64,000 bases of DNA from a virus (taxonomy: Duplodnaviria; Caudoviricetes), in the IMG/VR virus record IMGVR_UViG_3300023108_000002; one strand, 5' to 3'. A program made the position numbers and the translations under genes. Every line of letters begins with the position of its first letter. The stretch's first letter is position 1. The notes under the pieces are model-generated. The model saw nothing but the letters and a program-made list of their open reading frames with translations, had not been told where the DNA came from and searched no databases. Positions 20,325-28,795 of the stretch are shown in pieces.

Positions 20325-22039
20325 TGATTGAGTTTAAAACTATTAAATGGAAGAACTTTCTTTCCACTGGTAATTATTTTACAGAAGTGCAACTAAACCG
20401 TTCATCTTCTACTCTTATTGTTGGTGAGAATGGAGCAGGAAAATCTACCATTTTGGATGCATTGACATTTGGTTTGTTTGGAAAATCTTTTAGAAAAATT
20501 AATAAACCACAGCTTATAAACTCTATAAACAATAAAGATGCTTTGATTGAGATTACCTTTAAAATTGGTAAGAATGATTACTTGGTGCGCCGCGGTATCA
20601 AACCCAATATTTTTGAAATATGGGTAAATGGTAAAATGTTAGACCAAGATTCAAAAATTCGTGATAGCCAGATTTATTTGGAAGAAAACATTCTCAAACT
20701 GAATTATAAGTCATTTACTCAAACTGTTATTTTGGGTAGTGCTACTTTTGTTCCTTTCATGCAACTTTCTGCAATCGATAGAAGAGAAATTATTGAAGAT
20801 ATTTTGGATATAAAAATCTTTTCTGCAATGAATGAAATTCTAAAAGCAAAAATGGCTGCATTGAAAGAAACAATGACAGAAAATGAAAAAAACCGTGAAG
20901 TCCAAGATTATAAGATTGAACTTCAAGAAAGAAATATTGAAGATGCAAAGACGACAAAGAAAACTGCGATTAATACTTTTAAGAAAAAGATAAAAGAAAA
21001 GAAGGCTGAACAGAAACAGTGTATTGACAAAAATACAGAATTGCATGAACAAATATCAAATTTATTGGAAAAGATTATACATGAAAGTAAAATATCTGAT
21101 AGAAAGAAAAAACTTGAACGTCTAGAAACTAAACTCTCAAATAATGCAGAAAAAATACAAAACGACATCTCATGGTTTGAAGGCAATGATGTTTGTCCAT
21201 CATGCCAACAAGATATTAATGAAGATCATAAGAATTGTATTGTGGAAGAGAAGGATAAGAAAAAGGAAGAAGTTTTGACAGCTGTTCAATCTTTGTCTGA
21301 TGAATTGATTGAGATTGATTCTGAATTACATTATATTGAAGAAACCAAAACATCTATCACAAATCTTAATAATGTAGTTAGTTCTAATAATGATAAACAT
21401 CAATATCTACAAAAAAATATTGATGAACTTGAGGCTGAAATAGAAGATGCGGAAAATAATAATACAAGCGTTTCTAAATTAGAAAAGGAATTAAAAGAGT
21501 TTAAAAAGATTTCCAAAGAGTTGGACAATGAACGCAAAACTCTTTCCGAAACAAAAAACTATCATGTGGTTGCATCACAGTTTTTGAAGGACACTGGTGT
21601 AAAAACTTCTATTATAAAATACTATTTGCCAATAATGAACAAGTTAGTAAATAAGTATCTACAAGAAATGGATTTCTATATTAACTTCACAATGGATGAA
21701 AAGTTTAATGAGAATATTAAATCCAGAGGCAGAGAAGGATTTACATATAGTTCTTTTAGTGAAGGAGAGAAGATGAGAATTGACCTTGCTCTCTTGTTTA
21801 CTTGGAGAGAGATTGCTCGAATGAAGAACAGTGTCAACACAAATCTTCTGATTCTTGATGAGGTGTTTGATAGTTCTTTGGATGCGACTGGTACAGACGA
21901 GTTTTTGAAGTTGTTGAACACATTAGGCGGCAACAATGTCTTTGTGATTTCACATAAAGGAGATATTCTATATGATAAGTTTCACAGTGTGATTAAATTT
22001 GAAAAAGTAAAAAACTTTAGCCAAATTGAAAAAAATTGA
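20324..22039 (+). CDS. gp46: recombination endonuclease subunit gp46 (Rad50/SbcC-like)
   Basis: GENGAGKST, CPSC zinc hook, FSEGEK signature, LILDEVFDS, ISH. Confidence 0.97.
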   Translation: MIEFKTIKWKNFLSTGNYFTEVQLNRSSSTLIVGENGAGKSTILDALTFGLFGKSFRKINKPQLINSINNKDALIEITFKIGKNDYLVRRGIKPNIFEIWVNGKMLDQDSKIRDSQIYLEENILKLNYKSFTQTVILGSATFVPFMQLSAIDRREIIEDILDIKIFSAMNEILKAKMAALKETMTENEKNREVQDYKIELQERNIEDAKTTKKTAINTFKKKIKEKKAEQKQCIDKNTELHEQISNLLEKIIHESKISDRKKKLERLETKLSNNAEKIQNDISWFEGNDVCPSCQQDINEDHKNCIVEEKDKKKEEVLTAVQSLSDELIEIDSELHYIEETKTSITNLNNVVSSNNDKHQYLQKNIDELEAEIEDAENNNTSVSKLEKELKEFKKISKELDNERKTLSETKNYHVVASQFLKDTGVKTSIIKYYLPIMNKLVNKYLQEMDFYINFTMDEKFNENIKSRGREGFTYSSFSEGEKMRIDLALLFTWREIARMKNSVNTNLLILDEVFDSSLDATGTDEFLKLLNTLGGNNVFVISHKGDILYDKFHSVIKFEKVKNFSQIEKN

Positions 22040-22049
22040 AAAAAAACTA

Positions 22050-22079
22050 TTGACGAACCATGCAGTAATGGTATATACT
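22050..22079 (+). promoter_or_regulatory. sigma70-type early promoter heading the DNA-modification operon
   Basis: TTGACG followed by TGGTATATACT at 16-18 nt spacing; upstream A-tracts. Confidence 0.7.
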
Positions 22080-22121
22080 GAGATAATACGTCACTCAAAC
22101 TACATTAGAGGATTTTTTCAC

Positions 22122-23531
22122 ATGAATGAAGATGAAATAATTAATATTATCACAAATAGTAGTTTTCAAGATTTACAAAAACTTAGGGTGGACTCTGACC
22201 ACATATCACTTATTGAATTACCAGACATTTATGGTGCTCACCTATATTGCACTTTCATAAATTCTGGAGAGACAATGGATAGATATTTTGGGTGGCATAA
22301 AGGTGAGTTTAATGGTACATACTATGGTTCGCCAGTTAAACATTCAAAAAAGTTCTGGTCAGATATGCGAAAGTATCCTAGTTTAACTTTATGTTTTAAT
22401 GTTGGAACTCCAAGAGATATGAATGTGAGGGAGGGTAAAATACTGAAGGCTATCGATGCAAAGTCTAATGAAAAGTTCTTCAATGAGAGCAATGGTGGTG
22501 GTGCATTAACTAAAGGTCAAAAATCAATTACTGCATTAGATAATATTGTTTATAACTTAGAAAAAAATGTATATCCAATTCAAAAAGTAGATAAACATAA
22601 ACTCTATGCTATACAACCACACCAAGTAAGAGAAGTAATGGAAATACCTAATAAGGTGCAATCTATTCTTAATCATATACTAGATACAAAAGGTAGATGG
22701 TTGGATGGAAATTTTCATTACGTTTTAATTCTTAAAGATTTCTATGGTAAAGATAAACATCTTAGGATAGGTAGTTTTCACACACTAAAAGCTTGTATGA
22801 AAACAGATTTTGTTGGTGAATTAGATGCTGTCTTTATACCGAAAAAAGATTGGATTAATTTAGACGAAACTGAAATTAAAGATTTAGGACATACAGATAA
22901 CAAAAGAGATGATAAGGTAAATGATTCTGTAAGTTTATCAGAGGCTATATCAAATGCCGTTTCTTTTATTAGAAATAATAATATTGAAGACCATAAAGAC
23001 CAAAGTGTAAAAGATAAATTCATGCGTTGGGGATTTACTAAAACTGAATGGGAAGCAACTATTAGAAAAACTTTACGAAATACACTAAATGATAGTAAAG
23101 CAAAAAATGCAATACCACCCAATCATATTAAAAAAAGCTGGACTGAAAAAGAAAAGTCTCAGATGATTGAAAGACATACAGACGAGAATACTTTTGTTTT
23201 TATTTTATCCACAGCTTGGTGGTCAAATAGATGGGTAGGTTTTGACGCACTAATGAATATTGTAAAGAATGAGGAAGCATTTAAAAAAGATTATTGGAAA
23301 ATATTCTGGTTAAATGAATCAGACACAGCGTTTTTAGATTGGAATAAGATAAAAACTAAAAAAGATGAAGAAGGTAATGTGGTTTTAAAACCAACAAGAA
23401 AAACTAATATTGAACATGATTTACAAATTTTGTTTTCAAAGTTTGCTGAAGATATTAGACCTATTCTTATTTTTGAAGATTTACCATATTCAGAACCTAA
23501 CGAAATTAAAAATGATAAAAAAGTATCTTGA
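22122..23531 (+). CDS. hypothetical protein: GIY-YIG(Seg)-like N-terminal domain plus ParB/Srx-like central domain
   Basis: LYC...YFGWH...YYGS...REGKIL...KFFNESNGG resembles Seg-type GIY-YIG. QVRE...IGSFHT resembles a ParB-like fold. ATG at 22122 follows GAGG and the promoter; the ORF-finder start at 22026 lies upstream of the promoter. Confidence 0.5.
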   Translation: MNEDEIINIITNSSFQDLQKLRVDSDHISLIELPDIYGAHLYCTFINSGETMDRYFGWHKGEFNGTYYGSPVKHSKKFWSDMRKYPSLTLCFNVGTPRDMNVREGKILKAIDAKSNEKFFNESNGGGALTKGQKSITALDNIVYNLEKNVYPIQKVDKHKLYAIQPHQVREVMEIPNKVQSILNHILDTKGRWLDGNFHYVLILKDFYGKDKHLRIGSFHTLKACMKTDFVGELDAVFIPKKDWINLDETEIKDLGHTDNKRDDKVNDSVSLSEAISNAVSFIRNNNIEDHKDQSVKDKFMRWGFTKTEWEATIRKTLRNTLNDSKAKNAIPPNHIKKSWTEKEKSQMIERHTDENTFVFILSTAWWSNRWVGFDALMNIVKNEEAFKKDYWKIFWLNESDTAFLDWNKIKTKKDEEGNVVLKPTRKTNIEHDLQILFSKFAEDIRPILIFEDLPYSEPNEIKNDKKVS

Positions 23532-24372
23532 AAAACATATTAAAGATAATGTGTTAGATGAAGAAGTTAGTTTACTATTAAGTGGTGGTCTTGATTCTAT
23601 ATCTGTTGGTATTTCTGCTGAACTAGTTGGGAAGAAAGTAAACGCATATAGTTTTTATCTTGAAGGTGTTCCTTCATATGACTTTGCAATGGCTGCTAAT
23701 ATTGCATCACAAAGAGGTTGGAATTTTACTCCAGTAGTTGTTCCTACTACAAATCTTAATGAAGATTGGTTTAGATTAGTTGATTTGGGTTGTAGAAAGA
23801 AAACTCATTTTGAGTGTGTATTTCCTTTCCTATATGTTTATCCAAAAATAAAAGAAAAGTATGTTCTTACTGGTTGGGGGGCGGATGGATACTTTGGACC
23901 AAGTAAAAAAGCTATGATGCGATATTCTAGTTATAGAAATAAAAAAAACTATGTTAAATATTGTAAAGAACACAATCAAAAAAGATTGAACTGGAACGAA
24001 TTCAGACTTGAATATCTTGATGGAGACTGTGCTGGTTACAAAGAACACACAACCCTTGCGGAAAAACATGATAAGATACACATAGCACCATATAAAGATA
24101 GTAAAGATATTAGAAAAGAATTGATGAATAAGAGTTGGACAGAGTTAAATACACCCAGACAAAAAGAAATTATAAGAAAAGACTTTACAATACTAAAAAA
24201 GTATGGTAATATAAAGCCACATATAAATTTACACCTCGGTTCTGGTATAGATAAATTGTTTGAAACTTTTTTGAAAGACTCGACAATTAATTTCAATAAT
24301 AGAAAAAGAATAATGGATGTTTGTAAAGATTGGTATAAAAATCCGAATAGTTTGAGAAGGTATAATATATGA
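23512..24372 (+). CDS. asparagine-synthetase-like (PP-loop) ATP-dependent amide ligase lacking a glutaminase domain; CmoY-like
   Basis: LLLSGGLDS PP-loop and VLTGWGADGYFG (cf. AsnB TGEGADE.FG). 286 aa from ATG 23512, overlapping the previous stop. Confidence 0.75.
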   Translation: MIKKYLEKHIKDNVLDEEVSLLLSGGLDSISVGISAELVGKKVNAYSFYLEGVPSYDFAMAANIASQRGWNFTPVVVPTTNLNEDWFRLVDLGCRKKTHFECVFPFLYVYPKIKEKYVLTGWGADGYFGPSKKAMMRYSSYRNKKNYVKYCKEHNQKRLNWNEFRLEYLDGDCAGYKEHTTLAEKHDKIHIAPYKDSKDIRKELMNKSWTELNTPRQKEIIRKDFTILKKYGNIKPHINLHLGSGIDKLFETFLKDSTINFNNRKRIMDVCKDWYKNPNSLRRYNI

Positions 24373-25565
24373 GTTATACACCATATAATTTACAAGATGT
24401 TTATGATGCATCTGAACAGAACAAATTTAAAGTGATTTCAACTTTTGCCGGTGGTGGTGGATCTTCCACTGGCTATCGTCTTGCTGGTGGTAAGGTTCTT
24501 GCAGTAAATGAGTTTGTAGAAGAGGCATGTAATACCTATAAAGAAAACTATCCAGAGACACCTATTCTGCCTGGCGATATTAAAGAATTGACTGGGCAAC
24601 ATTTCTTGGATGCAGCTGGAGTAAAAGTTGGGGAGATAGATATTCTGGATGGTTCTCCGCCATGTTCTGCGTTTTCTGTGGCAGGCAAACTATCTCATAA
24701 TAGTATTGAAACTGAATACTTAGATTTTGATGGTAATGTTATGACACGCAAAGAAAGTGGTAAACATTCTGATGGATGGGGTCAAACTAAAAAGTATTCT
24801 GATGGAAAGATAGTTGAAAATATTGAAGATTTGTTTTTTGATTTTCTGAGAATTGCTGATGAAATAAAACCAAAAGTAATCATTGCAGAAAATGTTAAGG
24901 GATTGACTGTTGGAGAAGCAAAAAACTATCTTAATCAAATACTCAATAGATTCGAGGAAATTGGATATAATATTTCGTATCAAGTTTTGGATAGTAGATA
25001 TTTTGGAGTTTCGCAGACTCGAACCAGATGTATTTTTATTGGAGTAAGACAGGACATTGCCGATCAAGTTGGCTTGAACTTTATGACAATTCAAAATGTT
25101 TTTCCAACTCCAGATTTGAAAACAATTCCTCTGAAAGATGCTTTGATTGGTTTAGAATATGATGATGAAGAAATTTCTTATCTTACTGAAAAGTTTTCTA
25201 ATACTGCATATTGGAAACAAACTGGTAGTATAATGCCCGTTGATCCAGATAAAGTTCTAACAGGAGGCGATTATCACCCGAAAGGACACCACTTTAACTT
25301 GAAAAGAGTATCACAGTATGCTCCAGCACCGACCTTAACCGCTATGGGGAGTGCTGATACTACTGCTGGTGCATTCCACTGGGCAGAACCTAGAAAGTTG
25401 ACCCTCGGCGAGCTGAAGCGCATTATGTCACTTCCAGATGACTTTAAACTTACTGGAAAATGGAATCAAAAAGCAGAAAGAATTGGAAGGATGGTTCCGC
25501 CACTGATGATGAAAAGAATTGCAGAATCTGTATATAAAAATGTTTTGGAGAAATATAATGGCTGA
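24369..25565 (+). CDS. C5-cytosine DNA methyltransferase-fold enzyme, predicted carboxymethyltransferase (CmoX-like)
   Basis: Motif I FAGGGG, motif IV SPPC (Cys99), motif VI ENV, motif VIII QTRTR. Motif X reads IGRMVPP instead of the canonical IGNAVPP. Confidence 0.85.
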   Translation: MSYTPYNLQDVYDASEQNKFKVISTFAGGGGSSTGYRLAGGKVLAVNEFVEEACNTYKENYPETPILPGDIKELTGQHFLDAAGVKVGEIDILDGSPPCSAFSVAGKLSHNSIETEYLDFDGNVMTRKESGKHSDGWGQTKKYSDGKIVENIEDLFFDFLRIADEIKPKVIIAENVKGLTVGEAKNYLNQILNRFEEIGYNISYQVLDSRYFGVSQTRTRCIFIGVRQDIADQVGLNFMTIQNVFPTPDLKTIPLKDALIGLEYDDEEISYLTEKFSNTAYWKQTGSIMPVDPDKVLTGGDYHPKGHHFNLKRVSQYAPAPTLTAMGSADTTAGAFHWAEPRKLTLGELKRIMSLPDDFKLTGKWNQKAERIGRMVPPLMMKRIAESVYKNVLEKYNG

Positions 25566-26256
25566 TTTCACATTTGCACACCGCGAAGAAGGTTTTGATG
25601 AACATATTGATAAAAGTATTAGAGGTTATGGAGATTTGTTGGATGATGTAATTTCTCTATCAAGATACTTTGTGGAAGATGGTACTAATGTTTATGATAT
25701 TGGATGTTCAACTGGTAAACTGACTCAACGAATGTTGGAGGCAAATCAGGATTTTTGTTATGATGCAAATTATATTGGTATTGAAGTTGCAAATGGATTT
25801 TATGATGATATGATAAAAAGACAGGAGCATATCAGATCAATACACCCTTGGGTCCGTGTTGATTTTAGACATGAAGATGTAAGAGACACTGAATTTGAAA
25901 ATGCCTCTTTAATTACTTCAATATTTACTTTGCAGTTTATGTCAAAAATTGATCGGCGATTTACTATTCAAAGAATTCATGATGGATTGAATGAAGGTGG
26001 CGGTTTTATTTTTGCAGAAAAAACTATTTGTCAAAATGCAAATTTTCAAGACATGCTCACATTTAATTATTATGATTTCAAAAGAAAATCTTTTGATACA
26101 GAAGATATTATGAATAAAGAAAGAACTCTTAGAAACATGTTGAAACCAAACACTTGGCAAGAAATAAATGAAATGATGTGGGACGCAGGTTTTGAAGATG
26201 TCCAACCTTTCTGGAGAAATCATATGTTTGTTGGAGCAATTGCCATAAAAAAATAA
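25558..26256 (+). CDS. cmoA: carboxy-SAM synthase CmoA homolog
   Basis: F.F......FDEHIDKSIRGY, VYDIGCSTG, SIFTLQF, GGGFIFAEK and KERTLRNML follow the CmoA pattern. ATG at 25558 after GGAG. Confidence 0.8.
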   Translation: MADFTFAHREEGFDEHIDKSIRGYGDLLDDVISLSRYFVEDGTNVYDIGCSTGKLTQRMLEANQDFCYDANYIGIEVANGFYDDMIKRQEHIRSIHPWVRVDFRHEDVRDTEFENASLITSIFTLQFMSKIDRRFTIQRIHDGLNEGGGFIFAEKTICQNANFQDMLTFNYYDFKRKSFDTEDIMNKERTLRNMLKPNTWQEINEMMWDAGFEDVQPFWRNHMFVGAIAIKK

Positions 26257-26264
26257 AAAGGCCC

Positions 26265-26293
26265 TTGACAAAACTGATTCGTTCCTGTAGCAT
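26265..26293 (+). promoter_or_regulatory. sigma70-type early promoter
   Basis: GGCCC-TTGACA-N17-TAGCAT; GATTC in the spacer. Confidence 0.7.
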
Positions 26294-26331
26294 GTAAATA
26301 TAAGTGATGATTCCTATGAAGGAAATATGTG

Positions 26332-28704
26332 ATGTCAAATGTTCTATTTACAAAGAACTCCAAAAGTCTCCTAGCCAAACTGATGGCAGAAGAAGACCTT
26401 ACGGTTCAACATCGTAAAGTTGAAACCGCGTTTTTTGACGTTGAAAAACGTCTATTAGTTGTACCAATTTGGAAAGATATGTCCGATAACCTTTATGACT
26501 TGTTTATGGGTCATGAAGTTGGACATGCTTTATATACTCCAGCGGATACAGAAGTTCTCCAAGAAGCAATCGACCGTTCCAACAAAGACTTTGTAAACGT
26601 AGTCGAAGATGCTCGTATTGAGAAAATGATGAAAATAAAATTCCCTGGCTTGCGGGCTCCTTTCTACAAAGGATATCAAGAGTTAAATGAGCGAGATTTC
26701 TTTGGGACAAATAATAAAGAAATTTCTACCTTTTCTTTCATTGACCGTATCAATCTGTTTTACAAATCTTCAATGAATGATTTTGAGTTTAACATGATAT
26801 TTTCAGAAGAAGAAAAACCTCTTGTGAAGAAAGTTGGAAAAACAGAAACTTTCGAAGAAGTTGCAGCTGTTGCAGAAGAGATTTACAACTTCATCAAAGA
26901 TAAAGTTCAAAATCGTCAAGAACAGAATTCCCAACAAAGTGGTGGTGAAGGTTCTGGTGAACAATCTCAAAATTCAGAAATGTCAGAACTAAAAGATGAC
27001 AATTCACACTCTTCTTCATCTTCTCAAACTGAAACTGAAAATGAAGAAGAAAATCAAACGGATGGTTCTGGTGATGGCGGTTCTTCTGATGATACAGGTG
27101 AAGATGAACAAAATTCACAAGAATCTGGTAGTTCTTCTAATTCTTCTGATGACGAATCTGATGGAGAAAATGGAAAATCTTATACATCAGCTGAAGAAGA
27201 ACAAAATGCAAATGATGTTGCATCATTGGGTGGTGGAAGTGGTTTCTCTGACCCTGATGAATTTTCCTCTAAAACTGACAATTCAATGTCAGAAAATATG
27301 TCACAAATGATTGATCGTATGGCAGATAATATTGAATATTACACATTATCTGATTTAAATCTGAAAGATCATGTGATAAGTCATGATATGATTCATGATG
27401 CAATCGATGCGGCCAAAACTTATTTTTACAATAACTCAGATTGGACTAGTTTTGCAAAAAATAATGTAGACAAGATTTCTCTTTACAAAAAAGTATTGAG
27501 TGATAACAACGCTACTATAAACTATCTTGTAAAAGAATTTGAAATGAAAAAATCTGCACAAGAATATGCAGCGAGTTATGAAACAAAATCTGGAAATCTG
27601 AATACCAGCAAAATTTGGAGTTACAAACTAAATGATGATATCTTCAAACGTAAATCGATTACTCCAGAAGGCAAAAATCATGGCATGGTAATGATGGTCG
27701 ATTGGTCGGGTTCTATGCACTCTATGTTATATAAGACCGTTGTTCAAACTGTTGTCCTTGCCACATTTTGTAAACGTGTTGGAATTCCTTTTGATGTTTA
27801 CAATTTCTCTGATCAAAACCGAGATTATGATGATGGTAAAAAGTTGTTTGCCGATAAAAAGAACGGTGTTTATAACAATCGGACATTTATCTATAATAAT
27901 GTTAAACTTCATCATGTTCTCAGCAGTTCAATGAAAAAATCAGAATTTATCAGGGCATGTAACAACTATCTGTTTTTGGCTTGGGGATTGAACAATTGTT
28001 ATGGATTGATGCGTTCTAACAAATTGCCTCATAATGTCGATCTTCAGCTTGGTGGAACTCCTCTAAATCAAAGTTTGATGATTCTTGACAAAGTTGTTCA
28101 TGAATTCAAACGGAAACATTCTGTAGAAAAAATGAACTTTGTTGTTTTGAGTGATGGTGCTGCCGGCGATACAATTGAGATAGTTGATGAAAATTCTGGT
28201 TGGCATCGTTCAGTTGCAGCAACCTGGCGGCATCATCCCAAAACTTCTGTGGTTTATCATGAGCGTTCAAAAAAGACTTTCGTTCATCAACAAGGTTATC
28301 GTTCTAAAAATAAAAATGCAAAAAATCCTACTGAGTTTCTTGTCGAAACAATGAAAGAAGTTCATGGTGCAAAATCGATTGGATTTTACATTATAGACCG
28401 TACTTATGATCTAAATAACGCAATTCGGGCATATGTATTTCGGGATCGTGATGGATACCATATGTATAATAACGAACTTTCAAAAGTTCGTTCAGAGTGT
28501 CGCAAAAATGGGTTTTATGCAGCAAAAGATTGTGGGTATGATGAATACTATATTCTTGATATGCGTACTCAAAATGAAGATAGTGAACTTGAAGTTGATG
28601 AAAATATGACAAAAGCAAAAATTGCCAAACAGTTTTCAAAATTCCAAGGTTCAAAGAAAACCAGTCGGCAAATGTTAAATAAATTTGTCGATATCGTGAA
28701 GTAA
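26332..28704 (+). CDS. CobT-like protein: N-terminal HExxH metallopeptidase-like domain, acidic Ser/Gly linker, C-terminal VWA domain
   Basis: HEVGH...EDARIE; MIDAS VDWSGSM, GGTP, LSDG. Confidence 0.8.
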   Translation: MSNVLFTKNSKSLLAKLMAEEDLTVQHRKVETAFFDVEKRLLVVPIWKDMSDNLYDLFMGHEVGHALYTPADTEVLQEAIDRSNKDFVNVVEDARIEKMMKIKFPGLRAPFYKGYQELNERDFFGTNNKEISTFSFIDRINLFYKSSMNDFEFNMIFSEEEKPLVKKVGKTETFEEVAAVAEEIYNFIKDKVQNRQEQNSQQSGGEGSGEQSQNSEMSELKDDNSHSSSSSQTETENEEENQTDGSGDGGSSDDTGEDEQNSQESGSSSNSSDDESDGENGKSYTSAEEEQNANDVASLGGGSGFSDPDEFSSKTDNSMSENMSQMIDRMADNIEYYTLSDLNLKDHVISHDMIHDAIDAAKTYFYNNSDWTSFAKNNVDKISLYKKVLSDNNATINYLVKEFEMKKSAQEYAASYETKSGNLNTSKIWSYKLNDDIFKRKSITPEGKNHGMVMMVDWSGSMHSMLYKTVVQTVVLATFCKRVGIPFDVYNFSDQNRDYDDGKKLFADKKNGVYNNRTFIYNNVKLHHVLSSSMKKSEFIRACNNYLFLAWGLNNCYGLMRSNKLPHNVDLQLGGTPLNQSLMILDKVVHEFKRKHSVEKMNFVVLSDGAAGDTIEIVDENSGWHRSVAATWRHHPKTSVVYHERSKKTFVHQQGYRSKNKNAKNPTEFLVETMKEVHGAKSIGFYIIDRTYDLNNAIRAYVFRDRDGYHMYNNELSKVRSECRKNGFYAAKDCGYDEYYILDMRTQNEDSELEVDENMTKAKIAKQFSKFQGSKKTSRQMLNKFVDIVK

Positions 28705-28718
28705 AAAATGAAAAGCCC

Positions 28719-28747
28719 TTGACAAAAGGGCTATCATTTGATACCAT
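28719..28747 (+). promoter_or_regulatory. sigma70-type early promoter
   Basis: TTGACA-N17-TACCAT with TG extension; the -35 overlaps the inverted repeat AGCCCTT/AAGGGCT. Confidence 0.7.
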
Positions 28748-28795
28748 AATAATGTAATTGATGATTCGTGAAACCTTCCAAGTGGAGAATATATA

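Noticed and set aside
22026-22121. Longer 501-aa start for the GIY-YIG/ParB gene
   Set aside because: It starts at a TTG inside gp46 and upstream of the promoter. ATG 22122 has a GAGG RBS and lies downstream of the -10.
23410-23511. Longer starts called for several genes (23410, 25519, 34763, 46093, 50931, 60520)
   Set aside because: The extensions overlap upstream genes or promoters and add non-homologous sequence; downstream ATGs with RBS or coupling fit better.
23512-24372. QueC / 7-deazaguanine modification pathway
   Set aside because: It has the SGGLDS loop but lacks the QueC zinc-binding Cys cluster, and no queD/queE/folE/dpdA is in the window. The TG.GADG.FG motif is AsnB-like.
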